Assembly: GCF_016433145.1 (NCBI RefSeq)
Contig: NC_058133.1
Span: 186,122,141 to 186,186,140 of the forward strand
Length of the DNA: 64,000 nucleotides
Direction of reading: 5' to 3'
Origin: Gracilinanus agilis
Taxonomy: Eukaryota
Positions within the stretch are counted from its first letter, which is position 1, and each line of letters begins with the position of its first letter. Below the pieces are notes generated by a model. It was not told the DNA's origin. It did no database searches and was given only the letters and a program-made list of their open reading frames with translations. Below, one piece after another: positions 49,031 through 61,059 of this stretch. The position numbers and the translations under genes were made by a program.

Positions 49031-50609
49031 TTTTATATCTAGCCTTTTGTAAGTAATAAATAAATACTAATTAAGTACTTACTTAAGTATTAAGTACTTA
49101 AGATAACACAACTAATTAAATAAGTATCATGCTGGGGACACCAAATTAAAGCAAAAATGGTAAGATTGCCAACCCTAATTCTGGTCTTTAATTGATTAGT
49201 AATTTATGGGAGGTAGTGCTTTCTTAAAGCAAATAGTTAATTTTTTAAAAATTCATTCATTCTCATTTTATAGAAAAGGAGGCTGAGACCAAGAAAGAAG
49301 AAATGATGTGCCCATTGTGTTACATAGGTAGCAAATAGCAGTCAAATTTTGAAACTGGTTCCTTATATTCAAATCAAGCTCTTTTTGCTCTGTATGAGCA
49401 TAAATCACTAATGGCAAGACACAGCAAGCAGTAGAGTATGAGTGACTCAGCACCTATTCCACCACCATTACTCCATCCTCCCCTTACTAGAAAAACACCA
49501 CCAAGTTTTTGTCTCCTTGACAGAAGGTCAATGGCCTCACCTTCCCCAATGTATAGGATGTCTTCTTTATTTTAAGCACCTGCCTATATTCCCCAGGTTG
49601 CTATTCCAAGAAACCAAGAATCATTGGGCATTAAAAATAAACTGCCAACAGAATGCAACATACTGTCTGTGAGCCGCTTTTGCACAGCCTTTGTTCAGTC
49701 CAGCTTGTTCCCTAAAGTCCCTCTCTCCTTCCAGAATACCAGATGCACTCTGGTCACCAGAGTTCATTCTCAGTAATATCTCACATCAGAAAAAGAAAGA
49801 CAGTTTCTGAAACTGAGCACAGGCACGCATCTGAAACTATGGCAACCTAAAAGACTTCTACCTTTGTGTCCCAATTAAAATTGTTTTGTTGGTTGCTAAT
49901 TGGGGTGTTTGGTATACAAAGCGAATGCCTCAAAGCAGTCAAAGACACTTGAAGTGTCCTGCTCAGACAAATTGGTATTTTCAGCACAAGCAGCTAACTC
50001 ATCCCTAAAACCAGTCTGTCCATCTGAAGAGCAAGGTAATAGAAAGCAATAGACTATCCAGATCTTTTTTTTTTCTTTTTCAAAGGTTCTTTTTCAGACC
50101 TAGCAGATGTGTGGAGCAGATAGTGTTTGACAGGTGAGCAAAGCTAGTTATTCCCTCTTGGATGAATTCTCAACTAGGCAGCAACTCTCTTTTCTCAGTA
50201 CCTCCCTTAGGCTTGACTTTGTCTCTAGCCAGTGGGTTCAGTTCCACCCCTTAGAAGAAAGGTTTTCCTTTCAAACCTACAGGTGAAAAACAATGAATTT
50301 AGGAGGGATGTAAAACAATTGACTGAAAGAAGTTGTTCTTGCTTATAAGCCTCTTCCTATCAGGAGTGATGACTCATGTGCACCAAGGTTTTGGTCTGGA
50401 TTGAAATATTTGTTCTCTGTTCTGATGAAGTTATAAAAAATATACATATGTAAAATTGCTTTTGTTCACTCAAAACCCCCAATTTTTCCAGGGAAGATGT
50501 CAGTAGCAACAAAACCTATCCTTTTCCCAGCACCGACTGCATTTACCCAAAGGAATTACATAGTAATGCAAATAGTGTGACCACATTGCCTTAGAAAATA
50601 AGAGGATAG

Positions 50610-50821
50610 AGGGCAGCTGAGTGGCTCAGTGGATTGAGAACCAAGTCCAGACCTGAGAGGTACTGGGTTCAAATTTGACCTCAGACACTTCCCAGCAGTG
50701 TGACCCTGGGCAAGTCACTTAACCCCCATTGTCTAGCCCTTACCACTCTTCTGCCTTTAGAACCAATACCCAGTATTATTTCTAAGATGGAAGGTAAGGG
50801 TTTAAAAATATAAAATAAAAT
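50610..50821 (+). mobile_element. SINE1_Mdo-type SINE
   Basis: 13-bp TSD aaaataagaggat (50595-50607, 50822-50834). Confidence 0.95.
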
Positions 50822-50889
50822 AAAATAAGAGGATGGAAGGGAATTCAAGGACAGAAGAAACTAAGTTCTTGAAAAAATAAATGGTGAAA

Positions 50890-51530
50890 TGAAATAAAAG
50901 TGTAAGAATCATAATTTCATTCAAAGTGACCATAAAATTAAACATAATAAAAAGAGATAATCAGAAAGTCTACATTTTGCTAAGATGATGAACCAATATC
51001 AACAGTTAATATATTTGCACCAAATGCTATAGCATATAGCGTTTTTTAAAGTTTGTCAAATTGTAGAGAGAAATAGATAACAAAAGTATAATAATAGGGG
51101 ACTTAATATTCCTTTGAGAACTAGACAAGTCTAACAAAAACATAAACAAGTCAGAAATTAAGGACCAGAAAAGAATTTTAGAAAAATTGGAGATAAAACT
51201 CTCTGGAAAATATCTAATGAGAAAGGAAAGATATTTATACAATTCTCATATGTGTGGGACATCTTTACAATAACTGACCATGTATTGGAGCATAAAAATG
51301 AACAAAGAAAAGTAGAAATATTAAACATACTGACTATAATACAATAAAACTATAGTCTATAAAAGGCTTTGAAAATTATTTAAAGTTAATCAAATACAAA
51401 TTAAATCCTAAAGAGTTGATAGTTTAAAAAATAATTCATGGAAACAATAGAAAATTTGATAAAATAAAAATAAAATGCAGCTAAAGCAATAAATTACTGG
51501 AAATACTTTCATCAACAACAGTTTTGACCA
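50890..51530 (+). mobile_element. Old L1 ORF2 endonuclease-domain fragment
   Basis: Degenerate motifs atatatttgcaccaaat (NIYAPN), ataataggggacttaat (IIGDLN), actgaccatgtattg (DHVL). Confidence 0.8.
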
Positions 51531-51601
51531 TGTTGAGTTTGAGAAAACTCCAAGATATCCCAGTTTGAAATGCTCAATAGGCAATACAGGACTAAAAGTC
51601 A

Positions 51602-51760
51602 NNNNNNNNNNNNNNNNNNNNNNNNNNNNNNNNNNNNNNNNNNNNNNNNNNNNNNNNNNNNNNNNNNNNNNNNNNNNNNNNNNNNNNNNNNNNNNNNNNN
51701 NNNNNNNNNNNNNNNNNNNNNNNNNNNNNNNNNNNNNNNNNNNNNNNNNNNNNNNNNNNN
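51602..51760. other. Assembly gap (N run)
   Basis: 159 N. Confidence 1.
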
Positions 51761-52670
51761 GGAGAAGAGAAGAGGACCTGAGACAACCTTGGAGATCACT
51801 CACAGCTAGGGTCTATGATATGGATAATAAACCAGCAAAGGAGACTTGAAAGGAGTTATCAAAACAGGAAGAAAAACCAAGAAGTCTCAGTATCACAAAA
51901 AACCCAGAGAAAATATTCAAAAGGACAGAGAATTCATCAATGCCAAATATATCAGCTAGGGTGAGATAGAGGAGGACTGAGGAAAAAAATCAGAAATGAA
52001 TGGTAATTTGGGAGAGTAGTTTCCATTCAAAGATAAAGTCAGAAGCTAGATTACCTAGTGCTGAGGACTGAGTGAATAGAAAGAAAGAAGAGGGAAGGAT
52101 AGGCAGGTTTTTTAGGCATTTGGCTGAAAGGGGGAGGAAAATATAGAATGATAGCTTGAGGGGATTGTAAAGCCTAGTGGAGGTTTTTTTTTAAGGATAG
52201 GGAAACTTTTAGTATGTTTGAAGGCATTAGGGAAAGAAATCATAGAATGAACATTGAAGAAAGGGCATGATTGAGGCTGCCATCTGCTAGAGAAGACAGG
52301 AGTGAATATGAAGGGTTTTGCTTTGGAAAGGTGAAGGGCTACCTCTTTGTCAGAGACAGGGGAAAAGAAGAAGGAGTAGGAAATTATGTCAATGGGTTTT
52401 GAAATGAAGAAAATGGGAGAAAAGAACACTCAGTCTGAATGGCTTCGATTTTCTTAGTGATATGAAGGATCCTCAGCTAAGGAGGTAGAGGAAGTGTTTA
52501 GTGGAAGTATGGGAAATTTGTGGAGGGAAAAGAAGGTTTGGCATAGTGTCTGTGGGAAATGAGACAGGTAATCAATCAGGGAGGAATATCAAGACTACCT
52601 TGCTACAATGAAGACCCAGTTGAAGCCACATAACATGAATTTGTAATGTACTCAGTCATTTTTAAAGAGT
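51761..52670 (-). mobile_element. L2 LINE remnant
   Basis: Purine-rich reverse L2 body (aggactgagga, gaaaggtgaagggctacc, gaggatcctcagct). Confidence 0.65.
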
Positions 52671-53034
52671 AAGTATAGATTTTTCTTATAGTGTATTAAG
52701 TGGTTACAGGAGATAATGAGATACTTCCTTCCTTCTAGGTAAAGCTATAGCTTGAGACATCTCCTGCTACTACATGCATAGGGTTTATGCCTGTTATCTT
52801 GCTATTGCTAGGGAAAAACTTAATTATGAACTTGACAAATATCAAGAAAAAAGAAGCTACAAAAAGAAAATAAACAGAAAATGACAAATTGTATATAAAG
52901 CTGTGATTCCCTATTTCATACATGCTGGGGTTTTCTTTAAGTATATATTAAATATCATAAGGTAGTGTGATACTCTACTACTCCACTTGCCCATTTTGTC
53001 CAATTGTGCAGTTTGGGCTTTGATTTTGGAATTT

Positions 53035-53320
53035 CCTTCCTATCTTGCCCAGGGTGGAAGTGCAGCAGTCACTGATAGGACTGATCCCAATGTTAGTTAG
53101 CACAGAAGCTTTACCCTGTTCTGTTTTTCTGATTTAGACCAATTTGTCCTTTGTGGAGCAGTCTGGTTGTCCTGAGCTCCTGGGGATTGAACATATTAGG
53201 GCTGGACTTGATGTGAAAACCTGATCTGCTTTAACCCTCCTTAAGCTGAGAGTTCCAGAACAAGTGTAGTCCAATCTCAACTTCACCCAGTGGCAGGGGT
53301 TATAGGCATGCCCAGTCTTT
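53035..53320 (-). pseudogene. Decayed, near-full-length 7SL (SRP) RNA retrocopy (P7SL-like)
   Basis: Reverse complement aligns co-linearly by eye with 7SL: gcatgcctataaccc...gatcaggttttcacatcaagtccagccctaatatg...caggagctcaggacaaccag...ctgtgctaac...ctgcacttccaccctgggcaagatag. Confidence 0.8.
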
Positions 53321-54162
53321 CTGCCAAGAAAGGGAAAGCTTGATTCATCATCAGTTGTCTGGTCATTTAATTGACCAGAGTCCTTAGGTACTTTATATAT
53401 GTTATTTTCCTTTTGGGTCATAATCATGGTATAAATTGTTCTGGTTCTACTCTCTCCATTTTGCAGCAGTTCACATCAGTCTTCCCAGGTATCTCTGAAT
53501 CTCTCCTTTTCAACATTTATTACTCCTTAAGAATATTCTATTATATTCATATAATATAATTCAGCCAGTCCCCAGTTCATGCAAACTCATTTTATTTCCA
53601 GTTGTTTGGGGTTTTTTTGTCTCAAAAACAATTGCTACTACGAAATATGGTCATCTGATTTCTTTGAGGTATAGAAAGCTCCCCCTTCAACTCTTCTCAT
53701 TTCACATCCCTCTGACATTATCCTTCACCATCTATTCCATTACTCCATTCTCTGAAGAGTGCTATAGCCCTTCTTGCAAAGGTCTATCCCTCTATATGCA
53801 CCCATCCCATTCCATCTTCTCCAATTTATTGCCCCACTACCATACGCAATCCTCGCTCTCTAGTAATGTTTTTCTTTGCTGCCCATAAACACACCTTTAT
53901 CTCTTCCATGTTTAAGAAACCTCACTAGTTCCTGGTATCCCTTTTAGCTATTGTATTTTCTCCCTTTCTCAACTAAATTTCTGAAAAAAACTTATCTACA
54001 CAACTTAGTGGAAGTGTCTTTCTTTATTTCTACTCCTACTCTCAAACCCTCTACATTCTGGTTTCCAACCTCAACTTAAACTTCCCTAAACCAAATTAAG
54101 AAGCATTTAATGAATTTAATAAATGCTTTTTAATGTGCCAGGCACTGTACTAAGCAATGGAG

Positions 54163-54412
54163 ATTGTTGTTGTTGAATAATTTTCATCATTTCTGGCTCT
54201 TCCTGACCTCATTTGGAGTTTTCTTAGCAAAGATACTAGAGATGTTTGCCATTTCTTCTCTAGCTCATTTAATGGATGAAGAAACTAGGGAAGCAGAATT
54301 AAGTCACTTGCCCAGGGTCACACAACTATTAATTGTCTGAGGAAAGATTTAAACTCAGGAAGATGAGTTTTCCTGACATCAGGACTGGCACTCTATCCAC
54401 TTTGCCCCCTAG
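54163..54412 (-). mobile_element. Marsupial CORE-SINE (MAR1-like)
   Basis: ttgttgttgtt tail; catttggagttttcttagcaaagatact; CORE block. Confidence 0.88.
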
Positions 54413-55346
54413 TTAATCCAAGCACTGGAGACCAAAGGTAAAAGAAAAAATGATCCTATTCTAAAGATGATCAGTCTAACAATTCTCTACCAAGTTACCT
54501 CCTTAGAGTGCCAGTGGGACTGCAGGAGTGTCTGTGCTCAGACCAGAGTTTAGGTTAACTTCTACCACCCTTGCTTCTCAAGATTCTCCCCTGTAAGCAT
54601 CTGAATAAATGTTAGTGCAGTCCAAGACTAGATGCACAAATTTACTTAGGTTTCTATCCAATCTTATTGGAAATTATTCAACCTAGAGTCCTTTTTAGAT
54701 TTTTGTTGAAGTCTATTCAGGGGAGCTAACCTATTTTATGTCCTTTTACATCAACATCATACCAACAAGTCTTTCTTGCTATAATTTTTCTGACACAGAG
54801 GGGAGAAACCTTCACCTTTTTGATCACCTTTCCTAGAGAATGGCATATTTTATACCTGTATTTCTTTGCTGTATTTTTGTCCACTTGCCATACTTGGAGA
54901 TCACCCAAAGCATTCTACTAAATGCACTTCTTTATTTTCTTTGACTTTCTTCTGATGATCTTCCATGAGTTCATGGATGAAGCTCAGATTGCAATTGCAG
55001 ATGCCATATATTCATTCTTAATCTCTGCCATGAATTCCAGTTCTGCACTATTATTATTAATAATAACAATAATAGCAACTAGCATTTATATAACACATAC
55101 TAAGTGCCAAGCATTGTAATAAGGGCTTTACAATGATTATCTCATTCGATCCTCATAACAATTCTGGAAGGGGTTATTTTCCTATTATCCCTGTTTTATA
55201 GATGAGGAAACTGAAGTAAATAGAGGTTAAGTGTTTTGTCCAAGGTCATACAACAGTCTTTTTGACTTCAGTCCCTGTGCTCTATCCATTGTGCCACCTA
55301 GCTGTCTCTATACCTCATTACCAACTTCCTGAAGAATATATGATTG

Positions 55347-55543
55347 GGAAGCATCTGGGTGACTCAGTGGAGTGAGAGCCAAGTCTAGAGACAGGAGATC
55401 CTATATTGAAACCTGGCCTTAGACACTTCCTAGCTGTGTGACCTTAGGCAAGTCACTTAACCCCCATTATCTAGCCCTTACTGCTCTTCTACCTTGGAAC
55501 CAATACACAGTATTGATTCCAAGATAGAAGGTAAGGGTTAAAA
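55347..55543 (+). mobile_element. SINE1_Mdo-type SINE
   Basis: 12-bp TSD aatat(a/t)tgattg. Confidence 0.92.
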
Positions 55544-56274
55544 AATATTTGATTGATTCATCATCATCTCAAACTTGATTTGTCCAAAACATAAGTCATT
55601 ATATGTTCTCTAAAACGTATTAATTTTCCACATGCCCCCTCTCCTCTAAAGTCACCAATGTTCTTCCAGTCACATCAGATCACAACCTTGGCTCTTACCT
55701 CTCCCATATTTAATCATTCACCATCTCTTATTGGTTCTTCTTTCATAATATCTCTCATTTCCAAATTAGGACTCTAGACAAATATGTTCTGTTATTCACT
55801 GTGCCTCTAAAATAAAACAAAAACTCTTCTCTATAGTATTAAAAATCTTCCACAATCTACCTTTTTTTCCAAATAAACTCACAGATCTAGAATTCAAATG
55901 GACTTTAGAAGGCATTGAATACAACTCCCTCCCTTTATAGATGATGAAACTTAGGGAGAGAGGGGTTAACTTTCCAAGGGTCATACAGCTTATTAAGGGT
56001 CAAAAGTGATAGGATGAAAAAGGAAAATGATAAATGTTGAAGGAGATGTGAAAAAATGACAAACATGGAAATACATATTGCATGATAGCATGTGCATAAC
56101 CTGTATCATATTACCTTCCATCTTTGGAAGTAGGGAGAAGAAGGGAAGGAGAGAGGAAGGATTACGAAATGTCAGAAAACAATTATTAAAAATTGTATCA
56201 ACGTGTTAAAAAATTAAAATGTAAAAAAGGGGTTTAAAGTGGAATTTGACCACCAGGTCTAACACCCTAACCAT

Positions 56275-56923
56275 TGTAATAATTAAAATGGGTTTGACAA
56301 ATAAAAGACTTTTTAAAAGTTGTGGTCGCCATTTATAATAACTAACAATTAAACTATGAGTATGTTAGTTAAGAGAGGGAAATGTGGGAAGGAGATAAGG
56401 AATTTTCTAGCCTACCACTCTAAGTATACTCCAAAGTAATCTACCTCACTCCCCCAACAAAGTTCCAGTCTCTGGTCAGAAGAGCAGGAGAGTCTTAGCC
56501 TCCAGGTTCCAATCTCCAGGTGGAAGTCTGCAAAAGTCTCTTCAACCCAAGCAAGTCACCAAAGCCAAACACCTCCAGCTGCCAAAGCTGAATCCAAGGC
56601 AGAATTGAATGCCTAATCAAGCTGAGCCACCACAAGACTAAGCCACCAAAAAACTCCCAGGGTCCCAGAGGCTCCCGCTTATATGAAGTTTTCTCTACCC
56701 ATCAGCTCTTTTCATCACATCTCAGGAATCAATCACAGTCTCCCAATTTGCCTAGTACTGCCTTGGGGCAGAGGGTAGGATGCTTGTGGTATTTTAGGAC
56801 GAGAACCTCCTTTTCTAGTAAAAGGTTCTTACTAGTTAAGTGTTAATGACGAAAGGCAGGTCACTCCAGGTTCTTGATTGACTAACTTAAAATAGACAAA
56901 GAAAGTTTAAATTCTCTTTCACA
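56275..56923. mobile_element. Solo LTR (ERV1-like)
   Basis: TG...CA termini; perfect 4-bp TSD ccat (56271-56274, 56924-56927). Confidence 0.88.
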
Positions 56924-57415
56924 CCATTACACCCCAATGCCTCTGTCTTCACATAGTGTACATTCCATAAAAATTAATTTATAAAGTATTTCTTGAACCC
57001 AACCAACCATTCTTCCTCTCCATCCTTTACACAGGCAGTTTTCTCATTCTGGTAGTACACTCCTTCTTCCTCTCTTGGAATTCCTGCTTTCTTCAAGTTC
57101 AGTTCTAGCACCAAAACTTCCTCCATGAACCTTTTTCTGGATTTCCAGTTATTAGGACTCTAAACCTCCTAAAATTATTTTGTATCTGTGTAGATGTGTG
57201 AAAGTTGAAAGCTAGTTCCTTGAGGATAGGGCTTGTTTCATTTTTTACTTTGTATCTCTGACATCCTATGTAGTAGAAAGTTAGTAAGCTTTTTTGGTGA
57301 ATTAATTGAATTCTGCATTTGTTAATTTTTAAATGAGTTTTCCTACCAACAGATCACAAGCAACTAAGTTGATGTGGGATCCTTACCTAGTAAAATTTTA
57401 AAGGCCTGTTGCTTG

Positions 57416-57627
57416 AAGGGAAATGAGGGTGGCACAGTGGACAGAGCATTAGGCCTAGAGTCAGGAAGACCTGAATTCATATCTCACCTCTACACTTACT
57501 AGCTGAATGACCCTGGACAAGTCATTTAACCCTGTTTACCTCAGTTTCCTCACCTATAAAATGATCTAGAGAAGGAAATAGCAAATCACTCTAATATTTT
57601 TTTCAAGAAAAAAGTAAACAACAACAT
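57416..57627 (+). mobile_element. Marsupial CORE-SINE (MAR1-like)
   Basis: ggtggcacagtggacagagcattaggcctagagtcaggaagacctgaattc...acaacaac tail. Confidence 0.88.
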
Positions 57628-57650
57628 TGCTGCTTTAAAATGGTACTCAA

Positions 57651-58712
57651 GGGCAGAGCCAAGATGGTGTAGAAAGAACATAGACCCATTGGATCTCTCT
57701 ACCAAATCACCCTCCAAAAAAACTCAGATATAACATCTCAGAACAACTTCTGGAGTAGCATAACCCACAAAAAGGCAAGACAAAGTAAATGTTCAGCCCT
57801 AAGCAACTTAGAAGACCAGTGTGAGGGTTCTAGTACACCAGAGTGGAATTAGAGCACAAAGCAACATGCCAAGACAGGTCCCAGCACTACAACAGGTTCT
57901 AGGCATAGTGGTTCCAGAGCTCTGGGACACAGCCAGTAATGGGGGTTGGACAGATTCCTAGAAGAAGATTACAGGGGTCCCTTTGCTGGCTCTGGGTGCA
58001 AAACTCTTGTTGTATTGCCCATATGCAGCTCCAGATAGCAGGTCTGGGATGAAGTCTCAGGGAGAGGAGGAGCCCTAGCACTTGTAGTTACAGTATGGCA
58101 GGAAATCCTAGTTACAGTACCAAGGAGGATCAGTGAATTAGAAAATTAGGGGATGTCTATCAATTGGAGAATGGCTGAGTAAGTTATAGTATATGATTGT
58201 AATGGAATACTACTGTGCTGTAAGAAATGATAAACAAGAGGAGTTCAGAAAATCCTGGAAAGGCTTACATGAACTGAACCTGAGTGAAATAAGCAGAACA
58301 AGGAGAACATTGTACACAGTGACAGGAATGTGGTACAATGAACAACTATGAATAACTTAGTTATTCTCAGTAATATAAAGATCCAAAACTATTGCAAATA
58401 ACTCATGATAAAAAATGCCATCTGCTTCCAAAGAAAAAGAATTGATAGAGTATAAATCTAGATCATGGCAATTTTTTTCACTTTCTTAATTTTTCATTTG
58501 AATTTCCTTCCACAAAAGGATTAATATGAAAAAAAGTTTTACATGATTGCATGTGTAAAATCTATATGACATTGCTTACCTTCTAAAGAGACAAGGGTTG
58601 GGAGAGATGGAGAGGGAGGAAGGAAGTGAATTCAAGACTCAATAGTCTTTGAAAAATATTGGAAACTGTTTTTACATGTAATTAGGTGGGAAAACAAAAA
58701 AAAATATTTTTT
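57651..58712 (+). mobile_element. Internally deleted or spliced L1: 5' UTR fused to 3' end
   Basis: Starts gggcagagccaagatgg (L1 5' terminus); switches at about 58136 to L1 ORF2-end and 3' UTR sequence; 13-bp TSD aaatggtactcaa (57638-57650, 58713-58725). Confidence 0.85.
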
Positions 58713-60847
58713 AAATGGTACTCAACAGAATTGGAGCAAAAAGACAGAAATGTTTGGGCTAGCACCCATCTCTCTTCCCTATACAGCACTACAGTGGATT
58801 CTCAACAGAGAGGGGTATATTCTGATTGTGGTTCTCCCTTCCTTGCTCAGTTCAGTGATGATTATTCATGGCTTCTTCTAACTCCCTCATTTTTCCCCTG
58901 CTGATTTCAAAACTTCAGAGAGAAAAAACACATAACTTCCTACAAAAATGTTGGGACTCAGTCCAATCCAAAAAGCATTTTACTATCTCCCCCTCCCTTT
59001 ACATTCCCCCACACTTTACAGTAGTGTCTTTAGTGGTGAATAGGGACAAAACAAGGCTGCCCCTGATCAGCTTATAAATTGGGTCTCCTCAAGATGTAGC
59101 CATTATTTTATAAAAACTCATACTTTCTTTGTAGATTTAATATTAGTACTATATTAGAAATTCTAGATTTAGGGGTGAAAAATCTAATGACTATGAGAAA
59201 TAATCAGTTCGCAGAGAAAGAATAGCAAAGAGAAGGATAAAAAATTACCCTTTTACCATGTAAATTGGATTAGATAATCACAAATCTATCAAGTCCTTTT
59301 TAAGATCTCAGAGAACCCTAAAAGAATAGAAATTGCCCAAATCTCCAGAGGGTATTAGAAATGAAGGAATACAGAAGACTTAATCTGGTGGAAAAATTAA
59401 AGTTCCATCCTATCTAACTTTTTCCAGTGGATTGTAAACTTGTACTTTTTTCCAAAAGCCAGAGTGTTTCCTTAGAACCCTCAGATCATTGGTCTGTCTT
59501 CACCACCAAATCCCACTTTGTTGTCATTTAAAGGACACTTTTCTTGACTTGATAAGCAAAGTCTTTGAAGAAAACAATTTTAATTTTACATGACCAATAT
59601 GGAAATATGTTTTGCATGGTCAGACATGTATAACAAAGATCAAATTTCTTACCATATAAGGGAGGGAAGAGAGAAAGGAGGAAGAGAGACAATTTCGATA
59701 TTATAATTTCAGAACAACATATGTTAAAATTACTATTGTATTTAATTGGGAAGAAAGAATATTAAATTTTTTAATTTTTTAATCTTCCTGGCTCCACATT
59801 ACAAGTCCTTCCAGTCAGTATCTTACAGAGTTGAATTTGATGCCCAGAGCCATTTCAAATTGGTTGTCCAGCCATCAAATTGGCTGGACTGATCTCCTAA
59901 GAAACCAGCCACCTACAGGATATAATTTCAAGGGTACCAGAAAGGCTCACCATTGTCCAAGAACCACCCACCTCTATAACCAGCAGGAGAAGTAGTTGAT
60001 TGATGGCTGAGTTCTCACCTTCATAAAGTTATTATTCAGGAGTAACATTTTTAATCCCTGTCAGAAGAACTAATGCTCGTTGAAGCAGAGAAATCTTAAA
60101 GTTCTCTGAGTTTCAGTTTTCTCCTAAGTCAAAAGGACTAGATGACCTCTAAGGTTCCTTTACTGGTCTGACACTCCATGAGGCAATTCACAAATAAGTT
60201 CAAAAAAATTTGTCAGGACTTTTCCTAAAAGGAAGTTTCAATAAGCATAGAAGAAGGAACAAAGCATAAGACTTGTGTGACAGGAGAGGGACAGGATGGA
60301 TAAGACAATGGAAAACAATACAGAAAAGAAGTTGGTGATGTTGAAAACAAACTTTGTCTATTGCATTCTACTGTTCAGTCAGCTTGCAAGCAAAGATGAT
60401 CACTTCTACCTTCTCCTCACCTCACATTAGAAGGAGGAGTTAAATTGACCTTATCATACCTATCTAGTTGTAGAAAGGAAGAGCATCACTATTTCCCATA
60501 CCAGAGCTAGAAGAGAAGCACAGATGGTTACATAGAAAAGGAATCAAGTTAATTCTGCCTGGTCCCAGAAGTCAAAAGTAAGAACAGTGGTTATAAAATA
60601 TAGACTGGCTGATTTCTCTACTCAATGTAAGGAAAAAGAAAGGTTAATATCCATGGAGTCGAATCATGAAATAAATGAAAAGTGAGACCATTGGATGAGA
60701 AAATGGCTTACGGCCAAGACACACAATAAAGCCATAATTGGTACCTTCCCAAGCAGAAAAATGTTATTAAGAGAATTACATTGATCACAATGATTAATGC
60801 TGGAAACAAAGCTTTTTATCATCTAAAAAGGATTAGAAGAGTATATT

Positions 60848-60868
60848 CACACATACACACACACATAA

Positions 60869-60926
<58 letters not shown>
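60848..60926. repeat. (CA)n microsatellite
   Basis: Long CA run with a few interruptions. Confidence 0.97.
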
Positions 60927-60927
<1 letters not shown>

Positions 60928-61059
60928 GTTCCAGACTTGCAAAGGATAGTGAATCAAGGGGGAAACGCAAATAAAGAGGAATTGATTGGAAGGTCAGAAA
61001 CCTGGAAAGAAAAAAAAAGACAAGAATGCTAAAAAAAAAAAAATTAATGCATCACAGGT

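Noticed and set aside
51408-51849. ORFs spanning the first gap
   Set aside because: Artefacts of the N run
17316-56923. The two related LTRs as ends of one giant provirus
   Set aside because: Each has its own TSD, and no gag/pol/env sequence lies between them
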